A DNA stretch of 25,701 nt, taken from assembly GCA_040081625.1 (NCBI GenBank), contig JBEBGD010000081.1:1-25701 (forward strand), written 5' to 3'. Shown here one piece after another: positions 1 to 8,996 of this stretch. Numbering within the stretch: position 1 is the stretch's first letter; the number at the start of each line of letters is the position of its first letter. This stretch comes from Chthoniobacteraceae bacterium (GTDB lineage Bacteria; Verrucomicrobiota; Verrucomicrobiia; Chthoniobacterales; Chthoniobacteraceae). The position numbers and the translations under genes are program-made. The notes beneath the pieces were generated by a model. It was not told the DNA's origin. It did not search any database and saw nothing but the letters and a program-made list of their open reading frames with translations.

Positions 1-43
1 GTGCGCGGTCGAGATGAAATTCGGGCGCCCTTCCCAAGCGTGA

Positions 44-3000
44 ATGCCGCGCGGACGCGCGCCGCTCATTCCGCAAGCCGATGGCGCGCTGCCGCTCACC
101 GATGCGCAGCAGGAGTTGTGGCTCGCGTCGCGCCTCGGGAGCGACGCTTCGGCGGCTTTCAACGAATCGGTGACGATTCGATTTAGCGGGGCGCTCGACA
201 TCGATGCGCTCCGCGCGGCGCTCGATGCACTCGTCGCACGACACGAGGCGCTGCGGACGACGATCAGCGCGGATGGACAGCGGCAACACGTCGCCGCGCC
301 GCTGGCGGTCGCGCTCTCGATGGCGGACGACGCGGACCTGGCAGCGCGGATCGACGCCGAGACGACGACACCGTTTGACCTGGAGCGCGGGCCACTGCTG
401 CGCGCGGTGCTGGTCAATCGCCGCGATCTGGTTCTCACCGTGCATCACATCGTTTGCGACGGCTGGTCGTTCGGCACGCTCGTGAACGAGCTTGCTGCGC
501 TCTACTCGCGCACGGAGTTGCCAACGGCGCCGGCGTTCCGGAGCTACGTCGAATGGCTAGCTGCGCAGCAACGCACGCCGGAGTTCGCGCTCACCGAGCG
601 CTACTGGCTCACCCGTTTCGCCGATGTGCCGCCGCCGCTCGAAATGCCGGGCGACCGGCCGCGCCCGGTGCAGCGTTCGTTCCGCGCGGATCGGCGCACG
701 ACGCAGATTCCCAGGGAACTTTTCACCGCCCTCCAGCGCTTTAGCGCGGGGCAGCGCTGCACGTTGTTCACGACGATGCTCGGCGCATTCCATGTGCTGC
801 TGCACCGACTCAGCGGGCAGGACGACATCGCCGTCGGGATCGCTGCAGCGGGGCAGGCCGCGATGGGGAGCGACGGGGTCGTCGGCCACTGCCTGAACTT
901 CCTGCCGATCCGCGCGCGCCTCGACGAGGCGCAGCCGTTCAGCGGGTTCCTCGCCACGCTGAAGACCGACGTGCTCGATGCGTTCGATCACCAGCAGTTC
1001 ACCTTCGGCGCGCTGCTGCAAAGGCTGTCGCTCCCGCGCGACCCGAGCCGTCCGCCGCTCGCGAGCGTGACGTTCAACATCGACCGCGCGGCCACGGCGC
1101 TCAAGTTCGCGGGCGTCGAAGCGGAGTTCGACATCAACGCAAAGTCGCGCCTCGGCTTCGATCTGAGCTTCAACTTGATCGAGACCGACCACGGATGGCA
1201 GCTCTACTGCGCGTTCAGTCGCGACCTTTTCGATGGAGCCACGATCGAGCGCTGGCTCGGGAATTATCGCACGCTGCTTGAGTCCATCGTCGCGGACGCC
1301 GCCGCGCCGGTCGGGAGGCTGCCGCTGCTCGACGACGCCGCGCGCGGCCAACTGCTCGCGTGGGGCCGTGGCGCGCGGAATCCGTATCCGCACGACTGCC
1401 CCATCCACGAACTCTTCGCGAAGGTCGCAGCATCGCGGCCCGACGCAGTGGCATACGAAGGCGAGAGCGTGGTCACTTATGCCGAACTGGATCGGCGGGC
1501 GAACCGGGTTGCGAACCATCTCATCGCGAAAGGCCTGCGTGCCGGAGAAGCGGTCGCGCTGCACGGTGAGCGGAGCGCGCGGTTCTTGTGGGAAGCGATC
1601 GGCGTCCTGCGCGCGGGTGGCGCGTATCTGCCGCTGAGCCCGGACGAGCCCGCCGCCCGGCTCGCGCTCATCGAGAGCAAGGCAACCGTCTCGCTTCGCG
1701 ATCCGAACGACTACGCCGACGCGAGCGACGCGGCGGTGAGTCTCGCGGTCGATCCCGCCGGGCCGGCGTATCTGCTTTTCACGTCGGGTTCGACCGGCAC
1801 TCCGAAAGGCGTGCTCGTGCCTCATCGCGCAATCGCGCGGCTGGTTTGCAACACCGACTACGCGCAACTCGGGCCGGAGGATGTCGTGTCGCATCAATCG
1901 AACCTGAGCTTCGACGCGGCAACGTTTGAGATCTGGGGCGCGCTGCTCAACGGCGGACGGCTGGCGCTCACGACGACCGCGCAATTGCTCGACGCCAGCG
2001 CACTCGCCACGCACTACCGCAAGTCGCGGGCGACGGCTGCGTTCGTCACCGCTGCGCTCTTCAACCGGCTCGTGCGCGAGCAACCGCAGATTTTCAGCAC
2101 GTTCCGGCATCTTCTGTTTGGCGGCGAGCGATGCGACCCCGTGGCCGTCGAGATCGCGCTCACCAAAGGCAAACCGTCCCACTTGATCAACGGATACGGC
2201 CCGACCGAGACGACGACCTTCGCGGTGTGCCACCACGTCGAGCGGATCGAAAACGACTGCGTGCCGATTGGCCGCCCGATCGCAAACACTGACGTATTCA
2301 TCCTCGATGCGGCGCTCGATCTCGTGCCGGTCGGAGTGGTGGGCGAACTCTACATCGGCGGGCCGGGGCTCGCGATCGGTTACGACGATCTGGCGCTCAC
2401 GGCGCAGCGTTTCATCGAGACGCCGCTCGGCCGGCTCTACAAGTCGGGCGACCGCGCGCGCTGGCTGCCGGATGGAACGATCGATTGCCTCGGGCGCGTG
2501 GATCGGCAGATCAAGCTGCGCGGTTTTCGTGTGGAGCCTGGCGAGATCGAGGCGGCGCTGCGGGCAGTGCCGGGTGTCGCGGAGTGCGTCGTCACATTGC
2601 ACGAACAGGCGTCGGGCGATCGGCAACTCGTGGCCTATCTCACCGCCAACGGAGCCGAGCCGCCCGCTGACTCCGCGCTGCGCGAACGACTCGCGGCGAC
2701 TCTTCCGGCGTGGATGCTTCCGTCTGCCTTCGTGCGGCTCGCGCGACTGCCGCTGACCGCCAATGGCAAGCTCGACGTGCGGGCCTTGCCTGCGCCCGAT
2801 GCGCTCGCGTCGCCCGATCATGACGGCAAGGCGCAGACGACTCTGCACATCGAATTGATCGACCTGTGGCAGCGCATTCTCGGTCGCCGTGCGATCGGGA
2901 TTCACGACGACTTCTTTCACCTCGGCGGGCACTCGCTGCTCGCGGCGCAGATGCTCGCGGCAGTCGAGCAGCGGTTCGGCTTTCGGCTGCCGTTCGCGGC

Positions 3001-3943
3001 GATGTTCGAGAATGCGACGATCTCGCACCTCGCCGACTTGCTGGTCAGTGAACGTCGCGCCGCTTCGGAGGAATCGCCGCTCGTCGCGGTGCAGGCTGGC
3101 GGCAGCGAGACGCCGCTGTTTTTCCTGCACGGCGATTTTTCCGGCGGCGGATTCTTCTGCCGCAACCTCGCGCGGCACCTCGGCGAAACCCGCCCGTTCT
3201 TCGCGCTGCATCCGCACGGGCTGCACGGCGAACTGCCGCCGGCGACGATCGAGGTAATGGCGGCGGAGCGGCTTGCTGACTTGCGCCGCACCTGCCCGCA
3301 CGGCCCGTATCTGCTCGGCGGTTTCTGCAACGGCGCGATCGTCGCCTACGAGATGGCGCGCCAGCTAGAGGCGGAGGGCGAGCGCGTCGAGGGAGTGATC
3401 CTGATCGGCGCGGACGGCTCGAACTTCCGCTACCGCCACGTCGAGAGCATCGCGCGCAGCATGAGCCGAATCTTCGGCGACGACGAAGCAGGTCGCGCCG
3501 CGCGCTTTCGGGCGATCCGGAAGGTGGCGATCGGCGCGGACGCGTGGGGCCGCACGCAATGGATGCGGATTTGCGCGGCGACGCGCGATCTCGGCCACGT
3601 GCCACGTCGCGTGGCGGAGCTATGGAGCGGGCGTGATCGCGCCCTGGAGCGACCAGCCCCGCTCGCGACTGGCGGCGGCCCATCAGCCGTCGAGCGTGCC
3701 TACATCAGTGCGCTGGATGCCTACGTGCCGGGGCCGCTCGCGAGCCGCGTGATCGTCGTCTGGGCAATTGACGATCCTCCGCCGGGCGGACGTTCGCCCG
3801 ACTATGGCTGGTCGGATTTGAGCGACGACGTGCGTGTCTGTCTCGTGCCGGGCGGACATCAGAGCAGCATCGCGCTTGAGCAGAACTTGCGCGTCGTCGG
3901 CGAGAAAATCCGCAGCTCCCTCATCACCGAATCCACATGCTGA
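44..3943 (+). CDS. Non-ribosomal peptide synthetase termination module (C-A-T-TE)
   Basis: C domain: LPLTDAQQELW and HHIVCDGWS. A domain: YLLFTSGSTGTPKG, NGYGPTE, LYKSGD, QIKLRGFRVEPGEIE, LPLTANGKLD. T domain: DDFFHLGGHSLLA. TE domain: PLFFLH, GPYLLGGFCNG, VPGGH. The start is uncertain because an in-frame TGA at 41-43 directly precedes the ATG. Confidence 0.95.
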   Translation: MPRGRAPLIPQADGALPLTDAQQELWLASRLGSDASAAFNESVTIRFSGALDIDALRAALDALVARHEALRTTISADGQRQHVAAPLAVALSMADDADLAARIDAETTTPFDLERGPLLRAVLVNRRDLVLTVHHIVCDGWSFGTLVNELAALYSRTELPTAPAFRSYVEWLAAQQRTPEFALTERYWLTRFADVPPPLEMPGDRPRPVQRSFRADRRTTQIPRELFTALQRFSAGQRCTLFTTMLGAFHVLLHRLSGQDDIAVGIAAAGQAAMGSDGVVGHCLNFLPIRARLDEAQPFSGFLATLKTDVLDAFDHQQFTFGALLQRLSLPRDPSRPPLASVTFNIDRAATALKFAGVEAEFDINAKSRLGFDLSFNLIETDHGWQLYCAFSRDLFDGATIERWLGNYRTLLESIVADAAAPVGRLPLLDDAARGQLLAWGRGARNPYPHDCPIHELFAKVAASRPDAVAYEGESVVTYAELDRRANRVANHLIAKGLRAGEAVALHGERSARFLWEAIGVLRAGGAYLPLSPDEPAARLALIESKATVSLRDPNDYADASDAAVSLAVDPAGPAYLLFTSGSTGTPKGVLVPHRAIARLVCNTDYAQLGPEDVVSHQSNLSFDAATFEIWGALLNGGRLALTTTAQLLDASALATHYRKSRATAAFVTAALFNRLVREQPQIFSTFRHLLFGGERCDPVAVEIALTKGKPSHLINGYGPTETTTFAVCHHVERIENDCVPIGRPIANTDVFILDAALDLVPVGVVGELYIGGPGLAIGYDDLALTAQRFIETPLGRLYKSGDRARWLPDGTIDCLGRVDRQIKLRGFRVEPGEIEAALRAVPGVAECVVTLHEQASGDRQLVAYLTANGAEPPADSALRERLAATLPAWMLPSAFVRLARLPLTANGKLDVRALPAPDALASPDHDGKAQTTLHIELIDLWQRILGRRAIGIHDDFFHLGGHSLLAAQMLAAVEQRFGFRLPFAAMFENATISHLADLLVSERRAASEESPLVAVQAGGSETPLFFLHGDFSGGGFFCRNLARHLGETRPFFALHPHGLHGELPPATIEVMAAERLADLRRTCPHGPYLLGGFCNGAIVAYEMARQLEAEGERVEGVILIGADGSNFRYRHVESIARSMSRIFGDDEAGRAARFRAIRKVAIGADAWGRTQWMRICAATRDLGHVPRRVAELWSGRDRALERPAPLATGGGPSAVERAYISALDAYVPGPLASRVIVVWAIDDPPPGGRSPDYGWSDLSDDVRVCLVPGGHQSSIALEQNLRVVGEKIRSSLITESTC

Positions 3944-4605
3944 CGACGGGATCCGATTTTCAGCTCGCCGCTGTGCATCCCGGGCTTCGGCCCGCGGAGG
4001 TTCACCTTTGGCTCGTGCGGCTCGACGCATTCGACCCTGCGTGCGAGGCGACATTGACGCATGAGGAGTGGCTGCGCGCGGGACGTTTTCATCACGCGAT
4101 CGACCGCCATCGCTACATCGCCGCGCGCGGAACGCTGCGCGCAATCCTCGGTGATTATAGCGGCATCGAGGCTGGCGATCTGCGCTTCGCGAAAGGCCCG
4201 CGCGGGAAGCCGTCGCTGCCGGATTCGCTGCTTCGCTTCAACCTGAGCCACTCCGAGGACTTGATGCTCGTGGCGGTGACGCACGGGCGGGAAGTGGGTG
4301 TCGATCTGGAGGCGGTGCGCGGGAACATTCCGTTTGAGATGCTCGCGGAGCATTATTTCTGCGCGGAGGATCAATGGGCGCTGCGCGTCGCGCCGGCGGA
4401 GGAGCGGCTCGGAAAGTTCTTCGCCCTGTGGACGCGCACCGAGGCGCAGCTCAAGGCGCGCGGGCTCGGCGTCGGGGATGAGCCGTCGTTCCCGGATGCG
4501 GATCGCTTCACGCTGCATACCTTCGAGCCGGCGGACAATTATGCCGCGGCGCTGGTGGTGGAAGGCTGCGACTTCGAACTCTCCTGCTGGCAATGGCCGA
4601 GCTGA
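3937..4605 (+). CDS. Sfp-type 4'-phosphopantetheinyl transferase
   Basis: GKPSL, FNLSHS, VGVDLE and FFALWTRTEAQLKARG motifs; overlaps the NRPS end by 7 nt. Confidence 0.92.
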   Translation: MLTTGSDFQLAAVHPGLRPAEVHLWLVRLDAFDPACEATLTHEEWLRAGRFHHAIDRHRYIAARGTLRAILGDYSGIEAGDLRFAKGPRGKPSLPDSLLRFNLSHSEDLMLVAVTHGREVGVDLEAVRGNIPFEMLAEHYFCAEDQWALRVAPAEERLGKFFALWTRTEAQLKARGLGVGDEPSFPDADRFTLHTFEPADNYAAALVVEGCDFELSCWQWPS

Positions 4606-5444
4606 ACGCGCCCACCGAGATCGTGATCGAGCCGCCGCGCAGGTGGCTGCGCATCGACGTGCGCGAGCTTTGGGAATACCGGGACCTGCTCGCGCTGATG
4701 GTGCGACGCGATCTGCTCGCGCGGTATCAGCAGACGCTGCTCGGGCCGCTGTGGCACGTCGTCCAGCCGCTGCTCACGATGCTCATGTTCGTCATCGTAT
4801 TCGCGCGCGTGGCGGGCATCCCGACCGATGGCATCCCGGCGCCGCTGTTTTATCTCAGCGGATTGCTGGCGTGGAATTACTTCGCGCAGAATCTCCAGGC
4901 GGCGGCAGGGACGTTTCAAAACAACCATCACCTGTTCACGAAGGTGTGGTTCCCGAGACTGGTGATGCCGCTCGCGGCTACGGTGTCAAATCTCATCATG
5001 CTCGGGCTGCAGGCGATCCCCTTCGTAATTTTCGCCGCCTACTATGCGCTGGCTCAAGGCATCGCGGTCGGCACGTGGCAGCTTCTGCTGCTGCCGCTGG
5101 CGATCCTGCACGTCGCGGCGGTTGGGCTCGGCGTTGGGCTTTGGATGGCGGCGTTCACCGCGAAATACCGCGACCTGATGCACCTCAACCAGTTCCTCGT
5201 GCAGCTGTGGATGTTTGCGACGCCGATCATCTATCCGCTCTCGAAAGTGCCGGAGCGCTGGCTGTGGCTCGCGTGGCTCAATCCGATGTCCGCGCCGGTG
5301 GAGACGTTTCGCTGGTGTCTGCTCGGGCGCGGGCACATCGAGCCGCTGATGCTCGGGATCTCTGCGACTTTCGCGCTACTGCTGGTGGCGGGCGGGCTGC
5401 TCGCCTTTCAGAACGCGGCGCGCTCGGCGGTGGACACGGTGTAA
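4593..5444 (+). CDS. wzm: ABC-2 polysaccharide/O-antigen export permease (Wzm/RfbA-like)
   Basis: ELWEYRDLL...RRDLLARYQQTLLGPLWHVVQPL, KVWFPR, KYRDL, ATPIIYP and LNPM motifs; about six hydrophobic segments; overlaps the PPTase by 13 nt. Confidence 0.88.
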   Translation: MAELNAPTEIVIEPPRRWLRIDVRELWEYRDLLALMVRRDLLARYQQTLLGPLWHVVQPLLTMLMFVIVFARVAGIPTDGIPAPLFYLSGLLAWNYFAQNLQAAAGTFQNNHHLFTKVWFPRLVMPLAATVSNLIMLGLQAIPFVIFAAYYALAQGIAVGTWQLLLLPLAILHVAAVGLGVGLWMAAFTAKYRDLMHLNQFLVQLWMFATPIIYPLSKVPERWLWLAWLNPMSAPVETFRWCLLGRGHIEPLMLGISATFALLLVAGGLLAFQNAARSAVDTV

Positions 5445-5495
5445 GCGGCGGCTTGCGTTTGGCACGGCACCGCGCAGATTCCCGCGCTCGAGCCC

Positions 5496-6410
5496 ATGAT
5501 CTCTCCCGGCAATCTCTGGGGGCAACTCCGCCGCGACGTTAAACGCGGCTGGGGTGCCGCCTATCACGACTACAATACGCTTCCTCTCATTGAGGATTGG
5601 TCGTGGTCGTTTTGGGGAGAAGAGCCCGCGACCGTGCCGGTCCATATACTGACCGGTGAAAAGGACTGGCGGCTCGCCGCGTGGGCGCTCGCGAGCTTCT
5701 TCCACTACACGGAAATCGCCTGGCCGGTGGTGATCCACGACGACGGCACGCTGCCGGAGGAAGGCCGCGAAATGCTGGGCACGCTCTTCAACTCGTGCCG
5801 CATCATCCCACGCGAGGAGTCTGACGCCGACGTTGGCAGGGTGCTTCGCCCATTTCCGTTCTGCTTCGATTTCCGCAATACCCACCCGCTCGCGCTGAAG
5901 GTATTCGACATGGCGCACTACGCGCAAGGCGACCGGTTCATCGTGCTCGACAGCGATATGCTCTTTTTCCGCCGGCCGCAGGAGATCATCGACTGGGCGC
6001 AGTCGGCGCCGGCAAAGGATTGCTGGTTCATCGAGGACGCGCAGGAGAACGCACTGATCACCGCGGGCGAGGTGCGCGAGGAACTCGACGTGAAAATGTG
6101 GAGCCGCGTAAATAGCGGACTCGGCCTGGTGCATCGTCCCGCGATGGACTTCGATTTCTGCGACCGCGCCCTCGCGCTGACATCGATCCTGCGCGGCCAA
6201 GTCTGGCGGCTGGAGCAGACGCTCCTCGCGCTGTGCGCGTCGCGAAACGCCAGGGGCGGCCTGCTGCCGAAGACCTACGAAGTCTCGCTCCGGCGGCATG
6301 CGACCAAGGACACGGTCGCGCGGCACTACGTGGGCGCGGTGCGCGACCGCTTCTATGCCGAGGGGCTCAAGCGCTTGCGCGGCGAGTTGCTGCCGCTCGA
6401 AGACGAGTAG
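5496..6410 (+). CDS. Putative GT-A fold (GT8-like) nucleotide-sugar glycosyltransferase
   Basis: VVIHDDGTL, DxD motif (FIVLDSDMLFF), VNSG, EQ and RHYVG occur in the order seen in GT8-like enzymes; follows wzm. Confidence 0.6.
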   Translation: MISPGNLWGQLRRDVKRGWGAAYHDYNTLPLIEDWSWSFWGEEPATVPVHILTGEKDWRLAAWALASFFHYTEIAWPVVIHDDGTLPEEGREMLGTLFNSCRIIPREESDADVGRVLRPFPFCFDFRNTHPLALKVFDMAHYAQGDRFIVLDSDMLFFRRPQEIIDWAQSAPAKDCWFIEDAQENALITAGEVREELDVKMWSRVNSGLGLVHRPAMDFDFCDRALALTSILRGQVWRLEQTLLALCASRNARGGLLPKTYEVSLRRHATKDTVARHYVGAVRDRFYAEGLKRLRGELLPLEDE

Positions 6411-6458
6411 GCGGCGCTTGCCTTGCGCGCCCCGGAGGCGCTATGCCGCAGCACCGCC

Positions 6459-7295
6459 TTGAAAATCCTACGCTCGACCCCGGCGACTTCGCGCTTCTGC
6501 CGCACTGCTGCGCGGCCGCTCGTGCTCGTGCCGACGATGGGCGCGCTGCACGCGGGGCACGCTTCGCTGATCGATCGCGCGCGGCGCGCGGCGGGCGAAA
6601 GCGGGACGGTGCTCGTGTCGATCTATGTGAACCCGGCGCAGTTCGGACCGACGGAGGATTTCTCGCGCTACCCGCGCGCCTTCGCCGCGGATCGCGCGGT
6701 GTGTGCGGAGCACGGCGCGGATGCGATCTTTCATCCCGCGACGATGTATTCGGACGAGCACTCGACGTGGGTGGATGAGGGAGCGGTGTCCGCGAATCTC
6801 TGCGGCGCGGCGCGACCTGGCCACTTCCGCGGCGTATGCACGGTGGTGCTGAAGTTGTTCACGATCACGCAACCGGACGCCGCGGTCTTCGGGATGAAGG
6901 ACTACCAGCAGTGCGCGGTGATCCGCCGCATGGTGCGCGACTTGAATCTGCCCGTGCGCGTGCTCGCTGCGCCGACGGTGCGCGAGCGCGACGGCCTCGC
7001 GCTCAGCTCGCGCAACGCGTATCTCACGCCCGAAGAGCGCGCACAGGCGGCGGTGATCCGGCAGGCACTGCTCGCCGCACAGGCCTCGTGGCGGCGCGGC
7101 GTGCGCGAAGGCGAGAAGCTCCGCCGGCTCGTGTGGCAGACCATCTCGACGGTTCCCCTCGCCCGCATCGATTACGTCGAGGCCGTCGATCCCGCGGCAC
7201 TCACGCCGGTCGAGCAGGCGGCGCGCGGCGCGGTGATCGCGGTCGCGGTGTTCTTCGGCACGACGCGGCTCATCGACAACATTCAGCTCCGCTGA
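6459..7295 (+). CDS. panC: Pantoate--beta-alanine ligase
   Basis: VPTMGALHAGH, SIYVNPAQF, RPGHFRGV, FGMKDYQQ, GLALSSRN and TRLIDN motifs. TTG at 6459 (MKIL...) is preferred over 6423. Confidence 0.96.
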   Translation: MKILRSTPATSRFCRTAARPLVLVPTMGALHAGHASLIDRARRAAGESGTVLVSIYVNPAQFGPTEDFSRYPRAFAADRAVCAEHGADAIFHPATMYSDEHSTWVDEGAVSANLCGAARPGHFRGVCTVVLKLFTITQPDAAVFGMKDYQQCAVIRRMVRDLNLPVRVLAAPTVRERDGLALSSRNAYLTPEERAQAAVIRQALLAAQASWRRGVREGEKLRRLVWQTISTVPLARIDYVEAVDPAALTPVEQAARGAVIAVAVFFGTTRLIDNIQLR

Positions 7296-7297
7296 CC

Positions 7298-8902
7298 GTG
7301 CAACGCTTCGACTTCCTCATCATCGGCTCGGGCATCGCGGGGCTTTCGTTTGCGATCAAGGCGGCGCGCCACGGAACCGTGGCGCTGGTGACCAAGCGCG
7401 ATCGCGGCATGTCGAACACGGCGTGGGCGCAGGGCGGGATCGCTTGCGTGACGAGCACGGAGGATTCCTTCGAGTTGCACGTGCGCGACACGCTCGACGC
7501 CGGCGCGGGACTTTGCGACGAGGCGATGGTGCGCTCGATCGTGACCGACGGGCCTGCGCGCATCCACGAGTTGATCGAGCTGGGCGTTCACTTCGATGAA
7601 CGCGAGACCGGCAACGGCGCGCACGAACTCGACCTCGGAAAGGAAGGCGGGCACTCGAAGCGGCGCATCCTCCACTCGCGCGACGTGACCGGGCGCGAGA
7701 TCGAGCGCGCACTGCTCGCGGCGGTCGCGGCGGACGAAAACATCGTCGTGCTCGAGAATCACATGGCGGTGGACCTCGTCACGCTCGGCAAGCTCGGCCA
7801 CGTCTCGACGGATCGCTGCATCGGCGCCTACGTCTTGAACGAGGCCACCGGCGAGGTGCTCACGTTGCGCAGCGATCGCGTGGTGCTCGCGACCGGCGGC
7901 TGCGGGCGCGTGTATCTTTATACGACCAATCCCGGCATCGCGACCGGCGACGGCGTGGCGATGGCGTGGCGGGCGGGCGCGCGCATCGCGAACATGGAGT
8001 TCATCCAGTTTCACCCAACGTGCCTTTTTCATACGCATGAGCGGAGTTTCCTCATCACCGAGGCGATCCGCGGCGAAGGCGGGCGGCTCGTGGATGCGAA
8101 GGGCGCGTCATTCATGGAGCGCTACGATGCGCGAAAGGAACTCGCGCCGCGCGACATCGTAGCCCGCGCGATCGATGCGGAGATGAAGCGCACCGGGGCG
8201 AGCTGCGTGTATCTGGACATCACGCACAAGCCCGAGGAGTGGGTGCGCGAGCGCTTCCCGAACATTTACGAGAACTGTCTGAGGCTCGGCATCGACATCA
8301 CGAAGCAACCGATCCCGGTCGTGCCGGCGGCGCATTACCAGTGCGGCGGAGTCGAGACGGATGAAAACGGCGCGTCGAGCCTGCCGGGGCTTTTCGCGAT
8401 CGGCGAAGTCGCCTGCACCGGCCTGCACGGCGCGAACCGGCTCGCGAGCAATTCGCTGCTCGAAGCGTGCGTGCTCGCGCATCGGTGTCTTGAAACAATC
8501 GTGGCACGGAGCGACGACGCGGCGGATGCGCGGCTTCGCGATCTCGCACTGCCGCCGTGGAAGAGCGGCGCGGCAGTGGACGTGGACGAACTGGTCGTCA
8601 TCTACCACAACTGGGACGAAATCCGGCGCGTGATGTGGGACTACGTCGGCATCGTGCGCACGACCAAGCGACTCCAGCGCGCGGCGACGCGGCTGCGAAA
8701 TCTCGAGCGCGAGATCCAGGAATTCTATTGGGGCTTCAAGGTCACGACCGACATCCTCGAACTGCGCAACCTCTGCTGCGTGGCGAGCCTGATCGTGGAC
8801 AGCGCGCTGACGCGGAAGGAATCGCGCGGGCTCCACTACACGCTCGACCACCCGCAGCCCGACGAGAGCTACCGGAGGAAGACGGTGCTGCGGCGGGAGT
8901 AG
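7298..8902 (+). CDS. nadB: L-aspartate oxidase
   Basis: IIGSGIAG FAD motif, WAQGGIA, EGGHSKRRILH, MEFIQFHPT, LAPRDIVARAI, AAHYQCGG, GLHGANRLASNSLLE, ESRGLHY. GTG start lies 2 nt after the panC stop; the ORF track's N-terminal extension is spurious. Confidence 0.96.
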   Translation: MQRFDFLIIGSGIAGLSFAIKAARHGTVALVTKRDRGMSNTAWAQGGIACVTSTEDSFELHVRDTLDAGAGLCDEAMVRSIVTDGPARIHELIELGVHFDERETGNGAHELDLGKEGGHSKRRILHSRDVTGREIERALLAAVAADENIVVLENHMAVDLVTLGKLGHVSTDRCIGAYVLNEATGEVLTLRSDRVVLATGGCGRVYLYTTNPGIATGDGVAMAWRAGARIANMEFIQFHPTCLFHTHERSFLITEAIRGEGGRLVDAKGASFMERYDARKELAPRDIVARAIDAEMKRTGASCVYLDITHKPEEWVRERFPNIYENCLRLGIDITKQPIPVVPAAHYQCGGVETDENGASSLPGLFAIGEVACTGLHGANRLASNSLLEACVLAHRCLETIVARSDDAADARLRDLALPPWKSGAAVDVDELVVIYHNWDEIRRVMWDYVGIVRTTKRLQRAATRLRNLEREIQEFYWGFKVTTDILELRNLCCVASLIVDSALTRKESRGLHYTLDHPQPDESYRRKTVLRRE

Positions 8903-8904
8903 GC

Positions 8905-8932
8905 TGTAGCCGGGTCTCAAACCCCGGCTACA
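8905..8932. repeat. Short GTAG-tagged palindrome (REP-like hairpin)
   Basis: TGTAGCCGGG (8905-8914) and CCCGGCTACA (8923-8932) form a perfect 10-bp inverted repeat just after the nadB stop. Confidence 0.55.
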
Positions 8933-8973
8933 AAAGCACAAGAGCACGCCGCCCGGAGGACAGCGTGCTCTTG
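8931..8973 (-). terminator. Probable intrinsic terminator of acpP
   Basis: Minus strand CAAGAGCACGCTGTCC-TCC-GGGCGGCGTGCTCTTG forms a 16-bp stem whose two G-U pairs work only on this strand, followed by TGCTTTTG. It lies between convergent nadB and acpP. Confidence 0.65.
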
Positions 8974-8996
8974 CGAAAGCGTTTCTGACGCGCGGA

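Noticed and set aside
557..3301. 914-aa antisense ORF and other long shadow ORFs (e.g. 14286-15743, 18479-20191, 20506-22629)
   Set aside because: They lie opposite well-supported genes, have no recognisable motifs, and are expected from stop-codon scarcity in high-GC DNA.
4425..4460. PPTase WTRTEA instead of WTRKEA as a sign of inactivity
   Set aside because: The catalytic Glu and the downstream Lys are retained; a single substitution is not enough evidence.
6836..7297. Long N-terminal extensions in the ORF track for nadB (and likewise acpP, radC, the di-heme gene and the YtkA-like gene)
   Set aside because: They overlap neighbouring genes, a tRNA or promoter regions; family motifs and signal peptides begin at the downstream starts used here.
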